Part shown: positions 35,618-44,178 of the stretch, in pieces
Layout: every line of letters begins with the position of its first letter
How positions within the stretch are numbered: position 1 is the stretch's first letter
NCBI GenBank assembly: GCA_038116745.1
Contig: JAYODW010000020.1
Coordinates: 444 to 64,443 of the forward strand
Reading direction: 5' to 3'
DNA: 64,000 nucleotides
Source of the DNA: Gammaproteobacteria bacterium
Lineage (GTDB): Bacteria > Pseudomonadota > Gammaproteobacteria > Ga0077536
The notes under the pieces: model-generated
Seen by the model: the letters and a program-made list of their open reading frames with translations, nothing else
Databases searched by the model: none
Told to the model about the DNA's origin: nothing
Program-made: the position numbers and the translations under genes

Positions 35618-37267
35618 TCAGCCCTGCCCTGCTGCGGCGCGCTCTTTTTCAAGCGCCCGCAGTTCGCGGCGCATGATCTTGCCCGTGGTGGTCATCGGCA
35701 GCGCATCAACGAACTCGATCAGCCGCGGCACCTCGTGTTTCGCCAGGCGCCCGCGAACGAACTCGCGCAGTTCATCCGCCAGGGCCTCATCCGGCTGCAC
35801 ACCCGCTGTGGGAATAATGAAGGCTTTGATGATCTCAGTTCGGACCGGGTCCGGCACGCCAATCGCGGCGGCCATCTGCACGCTGTCGTGTTTCAGCAAC
35901 GCGTCCTCGATCTCTCCGGGGCCGATACGGTAGCCGGAACTGGTGATGACATCGTCGCCGCGGCCGTGGAACCAGAAATAGCCGTCCTCGTCCATGTGAC
36001 CGACATCACCGGTAATCAGCCAGTCGCCGATGAATTTCTCTTTCGTCGCCTCTGGTTTATTCAGGTATTCAAGCAGCATGACCGGGTGCGGCCGCTTACA
36101 GGCGATATGCCCCTCGGTACCCGGAGGCACCTCCTCGCCGTTGTCGTCGATGATTCGCACCACCGTGCCGGGCGTCGGCTTGCCGAGCGAACCGGGCTTG
36201 ATCGGGAACACGTTACCGTTATTGCCGAGGATCACGTTGCACTCGGTCTGCCCGAAGCCTTCGTTGATGCTGAGCTTGAGCTCCTGCTGCGCCCACTCCA
36301 GCAGTCCTGCGCCGACCGCCTCACCACCGGACAGCACCGCGCGCAGCTTGATCGCATGGCGGCTCAGCGGATCCGGCACCTGTCGCATGAGCTTGAGCAT
36401 GGTCGGCGTCAGCAAGGCCAGGGTGACTTCGTGCTGGGCGAGAATGCGGTAGGCGTCCTCCGCGTCAAAACCCTTCATCGCGGTGGCCACGACCGCACAG
36501 CCGTGAAACCAGCCGGGCATGATCACGTCCATCAGACCCGCCATCCAGGCCCAGTCTGCGGGCGACCACAGCACGTCTTTAGGCTGCGGGAAAAAGTCGT
36601 AGATGAATTCCAGGCTCGGCATGTGCCCAAGCATCATGCGATGCGGCTGCACTGAGCCTTTGGGCATACCGGTCGTGCCCGAGGTGTAGCTGATCCAGGC
36701 GATGTCCTCCGCCCCGGTATCGACATTGGTAAAGGCATCGTCCGCCGACTCGATCGCTTTCCAGAAGTTCACTGCGCCTTCCGGTTCGCCATCGACCACT
36801 AAAACGCGCTCGAGCCGGGGGCACTCCGCGCGTATGCCCGCCACTTTGGGGTAATTGGCGCTGTCGGTGATCAGCACCCGTGCGCCGCTGTCGTTCAGTC
36901 GGTAGGCAATGGCGTCCCCGCCAAACAGCACCGAGCAGGGCCCCGAAACCATGCCGCCCTTCCAGCAGGCCACGTGCGCAATGGCACACTCAGGATCTTG
37001 CGCAAGCAGCAGGGTGACCCTGTCGCCACGACTCAGGCCGTAGCTGTGGAGCGTATTGGCCAGCTGGTTGGCATAGCGCCGAATCTGGGCGAACGTGTAG
37101 GTGTGGACCTTCTTTTCCTCATCTTCGTAGATGAGCGCGATCCGCTCCGGGTCGTCCGCCCAACGTTCGCATACATCGTTGGCGATGTTGTAGCGCTCAG
37201 GAATGTTCCACTGAAAGTTGTTCCACACTTCTTCGTAAGTGCTTCCACGTTGCAACAGATTGGTCAT
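35618..37267 (-). CDS. AMP-dependent acyl-CoA synthetase (medium-chain type)
   Basis: 549 aa with YTSGTTGMPKG, and TGD...DGYFWFHGRGDD and GKIMRR C-terminal motifs. Confidence 0.9.
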   Translation of the reverse strand: MTNLLQRGSTYEEVWNNFQWNIPERYNIANDVCERWADDPERIALIYEDEEKKVHTYTFAQIRRYANQLANTLHSYGLSRGDRVTLLLAQDPECAIAHVACWKGGMVSGPCSVLFGGDAIAYRLNDSGARVLITDSANYPKVAGIRAECPRLERVLVVDGEPEGAVNFWKAIESADDAFTNVDTGAEDIAWISYTSGTTGMPKGSVQPHRMMLGHMPSLEFIYDFFPQPKDVLWSPADWAWMAGLMDVIMPGWFHGCAVVATAMKGFDAEDAYRILAQHEVTLALLTPTMLKLMRQVPDPLSRHAIKLRAVLSGGEAVGAGLLEWAQQELKLSINEGFGQTECNVILGNNGNVFPIKPGSLGKPTPGTVVRIIDDNGEEVPPGTEGHIACKRPHPVMLLEYLNKPEATKEKFIGDWLITGDVGHMDEDGYFWFHGRGDDVITSSGYRIGPGEIEDALLKHDSVQMAAAIGVPDPVRTEIIKAFIIPTAGVQPDEALADELREFVRGRLAKHEVPRLIEFVDALPMTTTGKIMRRELRALEKERAAAGQG

Positions 37268-37499
37268 TGTTCTCCCCTGCTCGATCTGTTCATTTGAGCC
37301 ATTCTCGACAGTCGCGGGCTGCCAATTCCTGTCATTGGAGCCGACAACAAGGCTTTGCCGCGACTGAACTGTTTTGACTCACCACGGACTGTCGAAAAGA
37401 TACCATGAGGGTGGTCGCAGAAGACTCGGCGAGATGCCCCAAAAAATGTAACTTCGCGCCCCCCCGTCTGACCTGCCATCCGAGCTTCTGACAAACCGA

Positions 37500-37937
37500 T
37501 CAGCGTCCCGGTTTGATATGGCAGGTTGTGGTCCCGTGCGCAAAGACTGTTCCATCCTTCCCTGTCAGCACGCCTTGCGATACGCCGATTCTGCGCGAGA
37601 CGTGAACCAACTCAGTTTTGACCGTTAGAGGCACGTGCGTTGGGATGGCCTTCACGATCTTGACACTCAGGTCCACTGTTGTGTGCCGAGATGACTCATC
37701 GATGCTGATGAATATGGTCAGACCGAGCGCTGTATCGAGCAGGGCGGCCGCATAGCCCCCGTGCACGCCGCCGAATGCGTTGATATGGCGCTCGTCGGCG
37801 CACGCCCGCAGAAACACCTGCCCAGGCGAAGCATCTATCTCTACAACCCCTGTCATGTCCCACATGGGCGGCAATGGCTGTTCGCCTCGCCTAATGGCGC
37901 TCAGAAGTTTGTCTGCTCTCGGGTTTATTGGGTTCAT
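37500..37937 (-). CDS. PaaI-family hotdog-fold thioesterase
   Basis: 145 aa with N.FGGVHGGYAAALLDTA motif. Confidence 0.8.
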   Translation of the reverse strand: MNPINPRADKLLSAIRRGEQPLPPMWDMTGVVEIDASPGQVFLRACADERHINAFGGVHGGYAAALLDTALGLTIFISIDESSRHTTVDLSVKIVKAIPTHVPLTVKTELVHVSRRIGVSQGVLTGKDGTVFAHGTTTCHIKPGR

Positions 37938-38407
37938 TCGGGATGCTCTCCAGCATTACTCCGTGTTTTTCAGCATGCGCCGAGCTAGCTTAAAAAAAAC
38001 CCTCCATCGAACATAGGCACGATTCCACCACGGTTTATCCAGAACGACGAACAGCGTTCACGGGAACCCTCGATCGGGAAGGCATAGGTAAATGACGGAG
38101 CTCTTCCAGAGCGCAGGACGGCAAATATTACCGTCGCAGTCACAGCCAGAGCGGCAAGAATGTGCTCTGTCTGATTGATTACAAGAGAAACACAGAGACT
38201 ACTGGCCTGGCCGTTTCAGGAACCAACGGAACGAAATTCTCATTTGAGCCACTCGCAGGAGCTCAATTCGTCAGCTTCAGTGCCCGCATCCGCACAGGAG
38301 ATGCTTCGGTTTAACAATGAAAACAAACACTTGGAAATCTTCGCGACCAGAACTACTGCGACCGAGTAACTGCTCAGGGCCGAAGTTCAAATTTTTTTAA
38401 AAAAAAC

Positions 38408-38434
38408 TAAAGGTTGAGACAAACCCGCCGATAC
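38408..38434 (+). promoter_or_regulatory. Sigma-28 (FliA) promoter of fliC
   Basis: TAAAGGTT-N11-GCCGATAC compared with the enteric consensus TAAAGTTT-N11-GCCGATAA. It lies about 100 nt upstream of the fliC ATG and is preceded by a T7A8 tract (38392-38406). Confidence 0.75.
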
Positions 38435-38534
38435 GCATACCGGCGACGGTGAATGCCCCGATGTCTGAGGGCATATCCGTCAGAGTTTAACGAGCGCGCG
38501 CACGCGTTGCTCAAAATGTAACGGGGTACGTCAC

Positions 38535-39986
38535 ATGGCCGTCAGTATTTTCACCAATGTCCCGTCGCTGAATGCTCAGCGCAACCTGTCCATCACCCAG
38601 AACCAGCTCAATCAATCGATTCAGCGGCTCTCCTCTGGGCTACGCATCAACTCAGCAAAAGACGATGCTGCAGGCATCGCGATTGCAACCCGACAGACCG
38701 TCCAGATTCAGGGCCTCACGGTTGCGATCCGAAACGCCAACGACGGTATTTCCGTCGCGCAGACCGCGGAAGGCGCGATGGACGAAATGGTCAAAAGCCT
38801 GGTCCGCGCGAACGACCTGGCCCTGCAGGCCGCCAGCTACAACACGGATGCCGACCGGCAGTCTCTGCAGGAAGAGGTATCGCAGATTGTGTCGGAACTA
38901 GGGCGCATCGTGTCTCAAACTCGATACAACGGCCAGGTTCTTCTCGATGGCGGTTTTGGCGCCAACTTTCAAGTTGGGACCAACGTGGACGAGACTATCG
39001 GCATCAACATCAGCGACCTTTCGACCGGTTCACTTGGCGTGGCTACGTCCTACGACGCAATAGCCGATCTTGACGACGATGCGCTCGGTGACGCCGCCGT
39101 CTTGGCGTACAGGAACTCTACAGCAACCGACGCCACTTTGAACGACATTGCGCTCACCGCGGCGGACGGGAGTGGTTTCGCTGTTGGCACAGATTCAAAG
39201 GACATCATCAACGCGATTAACCTGATCTCGGGCGAGACAGGAATCACGGCCTTTGGGTACGGCAATAACCTAATTGGCGCGGCGGCGACCGCTGCAGCGG
39301 CAACGGACTCGGTCGACGGCGAGGTCGTTATTAACGGCGTTGCCATTTCCACTAACGGACTCAGTGCCGTGGCCGACGTCATAACTGCTATCAACAACGC
39401 CAGCGACTCCACAGGAGTAACTGCACAACTCGAGACCACGGAGGGTTATGTCGCGCTGACTAACCGTACCGGCGAGGCAATAACCGCCAACATTACTGGC
39501 GAGGCAGCCACAATGTTAGGGATCGGCGTTCAATCAGTCGATGCAGGTGACAACGGCTTGATTGTCTTGTCAGGTGCCGTGGGTGCTACCGCGGGGTTCG
39601 ACAGCGCCGCGACCCAGCTGGCAATAACCGGTGACGCACTCGGCGCGACTTCGACGGTTCCTCTAACTAACAGCACATTGAACGACGCCAACATTGACAC
39701 TGTGGCGGGCGCAAATCTTTCTCTGCTCATTTTCCAGGGAGCAATCGACACGATTAACGGCGACCGCGCCACTCTCGGTGCCCAGCTGAACCGGTTTGAA
39801 TCGACGATCCGCAACCTAGAAAACGTGCGGGAGAACATCACCGCCGCCCGGGGACGCCTGGTGGATGCGGATTTCGCCGAGGAAACGGCGAAACTGACCC
39901 GCGCGCAGATTCTGCAGCAGGCCGGTATTGCGATGGTGGCCCAGGCAAACACGCTGCCGCAGGCGGCCTTGGCGTTGCTCCAGTAA
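38535..39986 (+). CDS. fliC: Flagellin
   Basis: 483 aa with N-terminal NAQRNL...RLSSGLRINSAKDDAAG and C-terminal RA.LGA..NR......NL.....N...A.SRI.DADFAEET..L.R.QILQQAG...LAQAN. Confidence 0.95.
   Translation: MAVSIFTNVPSLNAQRNLSITQNQLNQSIQRLSSGLRINSAKDDAAGIAIATRQTVQIQGLTVAIRNANDGISVAQTAEGAMDEMVKSLVRANDLALQAASYNTDADRQSLQEEVSQIVSELGRIVSQTRYNGQVLLDGGFGANFQVGTNVDETIGINISDLSTGSLGVATSYDAIADLDDDALGDAAVLAYRNSTATDATLNDIALTAADGSGFAVGTDSKDIINAINLISGETGITAFGYGNNLIGAAATAAAATDSVDGEVVINGVAISTNGLSAVADVITAINNASDSTGVTAQLETTEGYVALTNRTGEAITANITGEAATMLGIGVQSVDAGDNGLIVLSGAVGATAGFDSAATQLAITGDALGATSTVPLTNSTLNDANIDTVAGANLSLLIFQGAIDTINGDRATLGAQLNRFESTIRNLENVRENITAARGRLVDADFAEETAKLTRAQILQQAGIAMVAQANTLPQAALALLQ
39144..39434 (+). 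repeat. Two in-frame copies of the flagellin 'IN' motif inside the variable domain of fliC
   Basis: Copy 1 is ...SKDIINAINLISGETGITAF (about 39144-39254). Copy 2 is VVINGVAISTNGLSAVADVITAINNASDSTGVTAQL (about 39318-39434). Confidence 0.5.
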
Positions 39987-40006
39987 CACGGAGCGGACAA
40001 CAGATA

Positions 40007-40039
40007 GTCTGAACCTGCGCCCGGTGGGGAGATATCCCT
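40007..40039 (+). terminator. Strong stem-loop 20 nt after the fliC stop (partial terminator/attenuator; no U-tract)
   Basis: GCGCCCGGTG / CACCGGGCGC is a 10-bp perfect stem around a GC-rich 13-nt loop, and it can extend inward. Confidence 0.5.
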
Positions 40040-40071
40040 CACCGGGCGCTGAACCAGTCTGGAGGTAGCCT

Positions 40072-40473
40072 ATGGTTACCAGCATCGGAACAAATGCCTT
40101 CCCGGCAGGAATGAGCGGTGCCTCGACGCCGCTTTCGTCGCGCCCGGAAATTCTCTCTGAGGGCAAACCGGTCGAGAAGCCGGCTGTCCCAGAAAAGCAA
40201 CCCGTCGTAATGGAAGAGGCAAGCAAGGAAGAGGTGCGCCCGCAGGTGGATCCGGAAGAGCTCGCAGCAGCGGTCGCTGAATTGACCGAGTCTGTGCGCA
40301 ATTTGCAGCGTTCGCTTCTTTTCAGCATTCATGAGAACAGTGGTCGTACTGTGATTACCGTCGTGGACAAAGGAACGGACGAGGTCATTCGACAAATCCC
40401 TTCAGAGGAATTCCTGGCCCTGGCGGATTATTTCAAGAGCGGGGGCGGGCTGCTGGGCAAAGTAGAGGCTTAG
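40072..40473 (+). CDS. flaG: Flagellar protein FlaG
   Basis: 133 aa with RBS GGAGG and a C-terminal block LQRSLLFSIHENSGRTVITVVDKGTDEVIRQIPSEE typical of FlaG. Confidence 0.85.
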   Translation: MVTSIGTNAFPAGMSGASTPLSSRPEILSEGKPVEKPAVPEKQPVVMEEASKEEVRPQVDPEELAAAVAELTESVRNLQRSLLFSIHENSGRTVITVVDKGTDEVIRQIPSEEFLALADYFKSGGGLLGKVEA

Positions 40474-40488
40474 TGGCACCTATTTTGC
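40474..40488 (+). promoter_or_regulatory. Sigma-54 (RpoN) -24/-12 promoter of fliD-fliS
   Basis: TGGCAC-ctatt-TTGC, matching TGGCAC-N5-TTGC exactly. It begins at the nucleotide after the flaG TAG stop and lies 54 nt upstream of the fliD ATG. Confidence 0.65.
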
Positions 40489-40541
40489 TTAATACACGAC
40501 ATGGTTATTTTATCTAGCTCATCCATAGAGGGAGCGCGGTG

Positions 40542-41891
40542 ATGTTGAGTTCTCCCGGCATCGGCAGCGGCCTCGATATCGGCGGCATCATCCAGTCGTT
40601 GATGGCCGTGGAGCGCAAGCCGCTCGTCGATCTGGCTTCGGATAAGCTTGAGCTCAAGACTCAACTCAGTGCGCTTGGCAAACTCAAGAGCACCATTTCC
40701 AGCTTCGAGAGCACCGTGCAGAGCCTGGCGAACGCGGATGATTTCCTGCAGTACGAGGCCAGCTCAAGCAACACAGAGGCGCTGACAGTCAGCGCAGACG
40801 AGAACGCCACTAAAGGCTCGTACCGAATAGAGGTCGACCGACTTGCCGAGGAGCATCGCCTCGCGGCCACCGGTTTTTACGCTGACGTCGACACAACGAC
40901 GATCGGCAGCACTGGCGAGACGATGACGATCACGGTCGGCAGCGACAGTTTTGTCGTCGAATACGGCGGCAAGGCACTGGAAGACGTGCGCGACGCCATT
41001 AATGAGGCGGCAGATAACAGCGGCGTCACTGCGTCCATCCTGCAGGATGACGCCGGCTATCGACTCACTCTCACCGCTGACGAAACGGGGTCCGAGAACG
41101 CGATTTCACTCACCTACAGCGCGTCTGACCCGTTCAGCTTCACGACCCTGAACGATGCGTCAGGAACATTCACCACGGCCGATCTCGACGCGCAGCTGAC
41201 GCTGGAGGGACTTTTCACCCTGACGCGCTCGAGCAACACGGTCACCGATGCGATAGCGGGCGTCACCCTGACTTTGCAAGACGCGGGCTCGACCACGGTA
41301 AGCGTCTCGCGGGATGAGGCAAACACGCTCAGCCTCGCACAGAAGTTTGTCGGGGCCTACAACAGCGTCATCACGCTTCTGACCGAGCTGAAATCTACGG
41401 TACTCAAGGAAGACAGAGCCTCACTCCGCGGGATAGAGAGCCAGTTTCGAGCGGTACTCAACAGCAAGACCGGTGACTCGGACCAGTTCTCTTACCTCTT
41501 TGAACTGGGTGTGTCGACGAGCCTCGACGGGACGCTGGTAATCGATACCACGCTGTTCAACAAAGCTGTCGCCCGCGACCCCGAGGGGATCGCAGACATG
41601 TTCGCCAACTCAACTACCGGGCTTTCCGCGCGCTACGAGACAATTACCCAGAACCTCGTCGGTCCAGGCGGGCTGCTGGGCGGCCGGGAAGATTCTTTGA
41701 ATTCCCGCATCCGATCGCTGGACCTGGCACGCGATAGTCTGGAGGCGCGGCTGGTCAGAAAAGAGGAATCGCTTGTCAGGCAGTTCAGCGCACTGGACAG
41801 CCTGGTCGCCAGCCTCAATTCCCAGAGCAACTATCTCGCGCAGCAGCTCGACCAGATCGCGGCTGTGAGCAAGTCTGCTAACAAATCATGA
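40542..41891 (+). CDS. fliD: Flagellar filament cap protein FliD
   Basis: MLSSPGIGSGLDIGGIIQSLMAVERKPL at the N-terminus. The ATG at 40542 lies 7 nt after GAGGGAG, while the ORF track starts at the GTG at 40539. An IN motif (ALEDVRDAINEAADNSGVTAS) is present. Confidence 0.9.
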   Translation: MLSSPGIGSGLDIGGIIQSLMAVERKPLVDLASDKLELKTQLSALGKLKSTISSFESTVQSLANADDFLQYEASSSNTEALTVSADENATKGSYRIEVDRLAEEHRLAATGFYADVDTTTIGSTGETMTITVGSDSFVVEYGGKALEDVRDAINEAADNSGVTASILQDDAGYRLTLTADETGSENAISLTYSASDPFSFTTLNDASGTFTTADLDAQLTLEGLFTLTRSSNTVTDAIAGVTLTLQDAGSTTVSVSRDEANTLSLAQKFVGAYNSVITLLTELKSTVLKEDRASLRGIESQFRAVLNSKTGDSDQFSYLFELGVSTSLDGTLVIDTTLFNKAVARDPEGIADMFANSTTGLSARYETITQNLVGPGGLLGGREDSLNSRIRSLDLARDSLEARLVRKEESLVRQFSALDSLVASLNSQSNYLAQQLDQIAAVSKSANKS

Positions 41892-41980
41892 CGCGCATCA
41901 AACTGCAATGTCGCATCACCTTGTACTGCCAAGTAGCACACGCACTCAATCGTTAACGATGTCACCGGGAGATTCAATTC

Positions 41981-42442
41981 ATGAGCCGACAGTCGAACAC
42001 CTCTAAAGCCGCTGGCAACTATGCCTCCGTTAGTCTCCGCACTGCCATCGAGACGGCTTCGCCGCATCGCCTAATCCTCATGCTGCTCGACGGCGCGCTG
42101 GAGAAGCTACGTACTGCGCGGCTCGCCATGCAGAATGGGAATGTTTCTGACAAAGGCGCCCAGCTGACCTGGGCGATCTCGATTATTGACGGGCTGCGTG
42201 CGAGTCTGGATCTCGACCAGGGGGGTGAGACGGCGCTGAACCTAGACCGACTCTACGACTACATGGGACGCACCCTGCTCGAATCCAATCTACGTAATGA
42301 CCCGGACAAAATCGATGAAGTAGAGCGTCTCCTGGGCGAGATCCGCGTGGGCTGGAAAGGGATCGCAAGCGAAGTCGATGGGCTCGCTGCCCTGCCTGCA
42401 GAGAATCACCTCGGTTCCCGGCGGCTGGCTGTAAGCCTCTGA
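41981..42442 (+). CDS. fliS: Flagellin-specific export chaperone FliS
   Basis: 153 aa with TASPHRLILMLLDGALEKL and ...LNLDRLYDYM blocks. RBS GGGAG. Confidence 0.9.
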   Translation: MSRQSNTSKAAGNYASVSLRTAIETASPHRLILMLLDGALEKLRTARLAMQNGNVSDKGAQLTWAISIIDGLRASLDLDQGGETALNLDRLYDYMGRTLLESNLRNDPDKIDEVERLLGEIRVGWKGIASEVDGLAALPAENHLGSRRLAVSL

Positions 42443-42493
42443 TTGGTCCTTGGCCTAGCTTCGACAGATAAGCGACGACGGATCCGCAGTTGA

Positions 42494-42784
42494 ATGAGCA
42501 GTGCGACTGACTGGCTGACATCGGTGAACAGCGCCTGCAGCGCCCTGCGTGCGGCTGTCGAAGATGATGACGTCGATGGAATTGCGCACGCCGATGGAAC
42601 ACTGCGTAAGCTGCTCGGGTCCCTCCCTGAGGGGCTCGATACCACCGCCCTCGCGGGCACCCTAGCAGCGGCAAAAGCTGCTATCGACGGCGCGCTGCTC
42701 AACGCGCAATCCGCACACGAGAGAAAATGCGCCGAGATAAGGCACCTCAGTCGAGGACGACGTGCAGTCAAGGCGTACGGATGA
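42494..42784 (+). CDS. Hypothetical helical protein in the FliT position
   Basis: 96 aa, Ala/Leu-rich, immediately after fliS. The RBS is weak, and the call rests on position only. Confidence 0.4.
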   Translation: MSSATDWLTSVNSACSALRAAVEDDDVDGIAHADGTLRKLLGSLPEGLDTTALAGTLAAAKAAIDGALLNAQSAHERKCAEIRHLSRGRRAVKAYG

Positions 42785-42908
42785 CACCCTCGGCCACTGC
42801 CCACGGTAAATAGAGCCGTGGACGATGCTGGCTGCTCCTTCCCATTAGAAAACCTGAGACGCAGGGGCTTCGCGGTACCGTATCGGTCGTGCCTAAGAGT
42901 TCTTGTCT

Positions 42909-42935
42909 GAGCAGCGCGGTACCGGGGCGCTGCTC
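42909..42935 (+). terminator. Stem-loop downstream of the flagellar module
   Basis: GAGCAGCGC / GCGCTGCTC is a 9-bp perfect stem with a 9-nt loop, and there is no U-tract. Confidence 0.3.
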
Positions 42936-43165
42936 GCGAATGCCGCATGGAGAGCAACTCCGGCACTAGGTTCCAGGCCGGCGGAGAGTGGCTCCGATTA
43001 TCCGCCTCGGCGCTGCGCCATCCCCACTCTCGCCGTTCAGTCAAATAATCCCTGAGAAATCGCCCCGATCTTTCCGGGCCTGGCTCACCATGTTATTGAT
43101 CGCTCCGGGACCTGAGTCTTACGTCGTCGGATCCCAGGACCGCCACCTCTGCTCAGGAAAATCCC

Positions 43166-44164
43166 ATGACCCGTTCTATCTTCACCATCCCCCGCTTCCC
43201 CACCCAGTCAGGGATCACCCTGGATATCAACCTCGCCTACCGTACCTACGGCGAGCTCTCCCCCGCCCGGGACAACGCCGTCCTCGTGCCGACCTTTTAC
43301 GGCGGTCGCGACGAGGAGACCGCCTATATGTTCGCGCCGGGACGGGCAATCGACCCCAGCCGCCACTTCGTTATCGTGCCCAACATGCTTGGTAACGGTG
43401 CCTCGACGTCGCCAAGTAACACACCGGCACCCTATGGCCGCGGCGGCTTTCCGCTGACCACGGTCTACGACAACGTTGTCTGCCAGCATCGCCTCGTCAC
43501 CGATCATCTCGGTATCGATAAGCTGAAGCTCGTGACCGGATTCTCCATGGGCGCCCTGCAGTCTTTTCAGTGGGGGGCGCTCTATCCGGATCAGGTCGCG
43601 GCCATTGCCCCGATCTGCGGCTCTGCGCAGGTCGCCGAGCATAACCACGTGTTCGTCGCCTCAGCCGTCAACGCGCTCAAGCTCGATCCGGATTTCAAGG
43701 AAGGCTGGTACGACGCGCCGCCCATGCGCGGGATCCTTGCGTTCGGCTATGTCTATGCGGCCTGGCTGTTCTCCCAGGATTTTTTCCGCGAGAAGCTGTA
43801 CACCCAGCTGGGCCTGTCGTCGCGCGATGACGTTGTCAAATTCACCCAGAACTACTTCCTGGCGAACGACGCGAACGATCTCATCGCCATGGCACGAACC
43901 TGGATGGCGGCGGATATCAGCGACAACCCTGTTTTCAATAGGGACCTTGCTGCAGCCCTCGGTGCGATCACCTCGCGCGCCATCGTCATGCCAGGCGATA
44001 CCGATCTTTATTTCCGCGTGCCGGATAACGCCAACGAAGTCGCGTTGATGCCGAAAGCTGAACTGCGTCCAATACGTTCAGATTGGGGGCACGGCGCCGG
44101 TTTTGGCATTGACGCGGAAGACAACGCCTTCATCGACGCAGCGCTGCGCGAGCTGCTCGACTGA
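43166..44164 (+). CDS. Alpha/beta hydrolase, homoserine-O-acetyltransferase (MetX)-like family
   Basis: 332 aa with the nucleophile elbow GFSMGA and an N-terminus (F.....G..L....LAY.TYG.L) typical of the family. Confidence 0.8.
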   Translation: MTRSIFTIPRFPTQSGITLDINLAYRTYGELSPARDNAVLVPTFYGGRDEETAYMFAPGRAIDPSRHFVIVPNMLGNGASTSPSNTPAPYGRGGFPLTTVYDNVVCQHRLVTDHLGIDKLKLVTGFSMGALQSFQWGALYPDQVAAIAPICGSAQVAEHNHVFVASAVNALKLDPDFKEGWYDAPPMRGILAFGYVYAAWLFSQDFFREKLYTQLGLSSRDDVVKFTQNYFLANDANDLIAMARTWMAADISDNPVFNRDLAAALGAITSRAIVMPGDTDLYFRVPDNANEVALMPKAELRPIRSDWGHGAGFGIDAEDNAFIDAALRELLD

Positions 44165-44178
44165 CCGAAGGCGCTGTT

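Noticed and set aside
35735-36655. 306-aa plus-strand ORF inside the acyl-CoA synthetase gene; similarly 61585-62616 (343 aa) inside the Atm1-like ABC gene, and 3843-4679 and 4708-5559 opposite the ACAD and NicX-like genes
   Set aside because: All are Arg/His/Gly-rich antisense frames opposite genes with unambiguous family motifs.
37264-37494. 76-aa minus-strand ORF between the thioesterase and acyl-CoA synthetase genes
   Set aside because: It overlaps the ligase start, has no motif and poor coding character. It is treated as intergenic.
38175-38369. 64-aa TTG-initiated ORF in the AT-richer spacer upstream of fliC (considered as a possible small flagellar regulator such as an anti-sigma factor)
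   Set aside because: It has no RBS, no similarity to FlgM-type sequences that I can see, and low GC3 unlike the real genes here. It is probably non-coding leader or spacer.
42406-43044. 212-aa minus-strand ORF spanning the fliS 3' end, the fliT-like ORF and the downstream gap
   Set aside because: It is an Arg/Ser/Ala-rich antisense frame that conflicts with the well-supported fliS.
38535-43165. Looked for flagellin glycosylation or methylation genes, or a second flagellin copy, near fliC
   Set aside because: None is present. The module contains only fliC, flaG, fliD, fliS and one small ORF.
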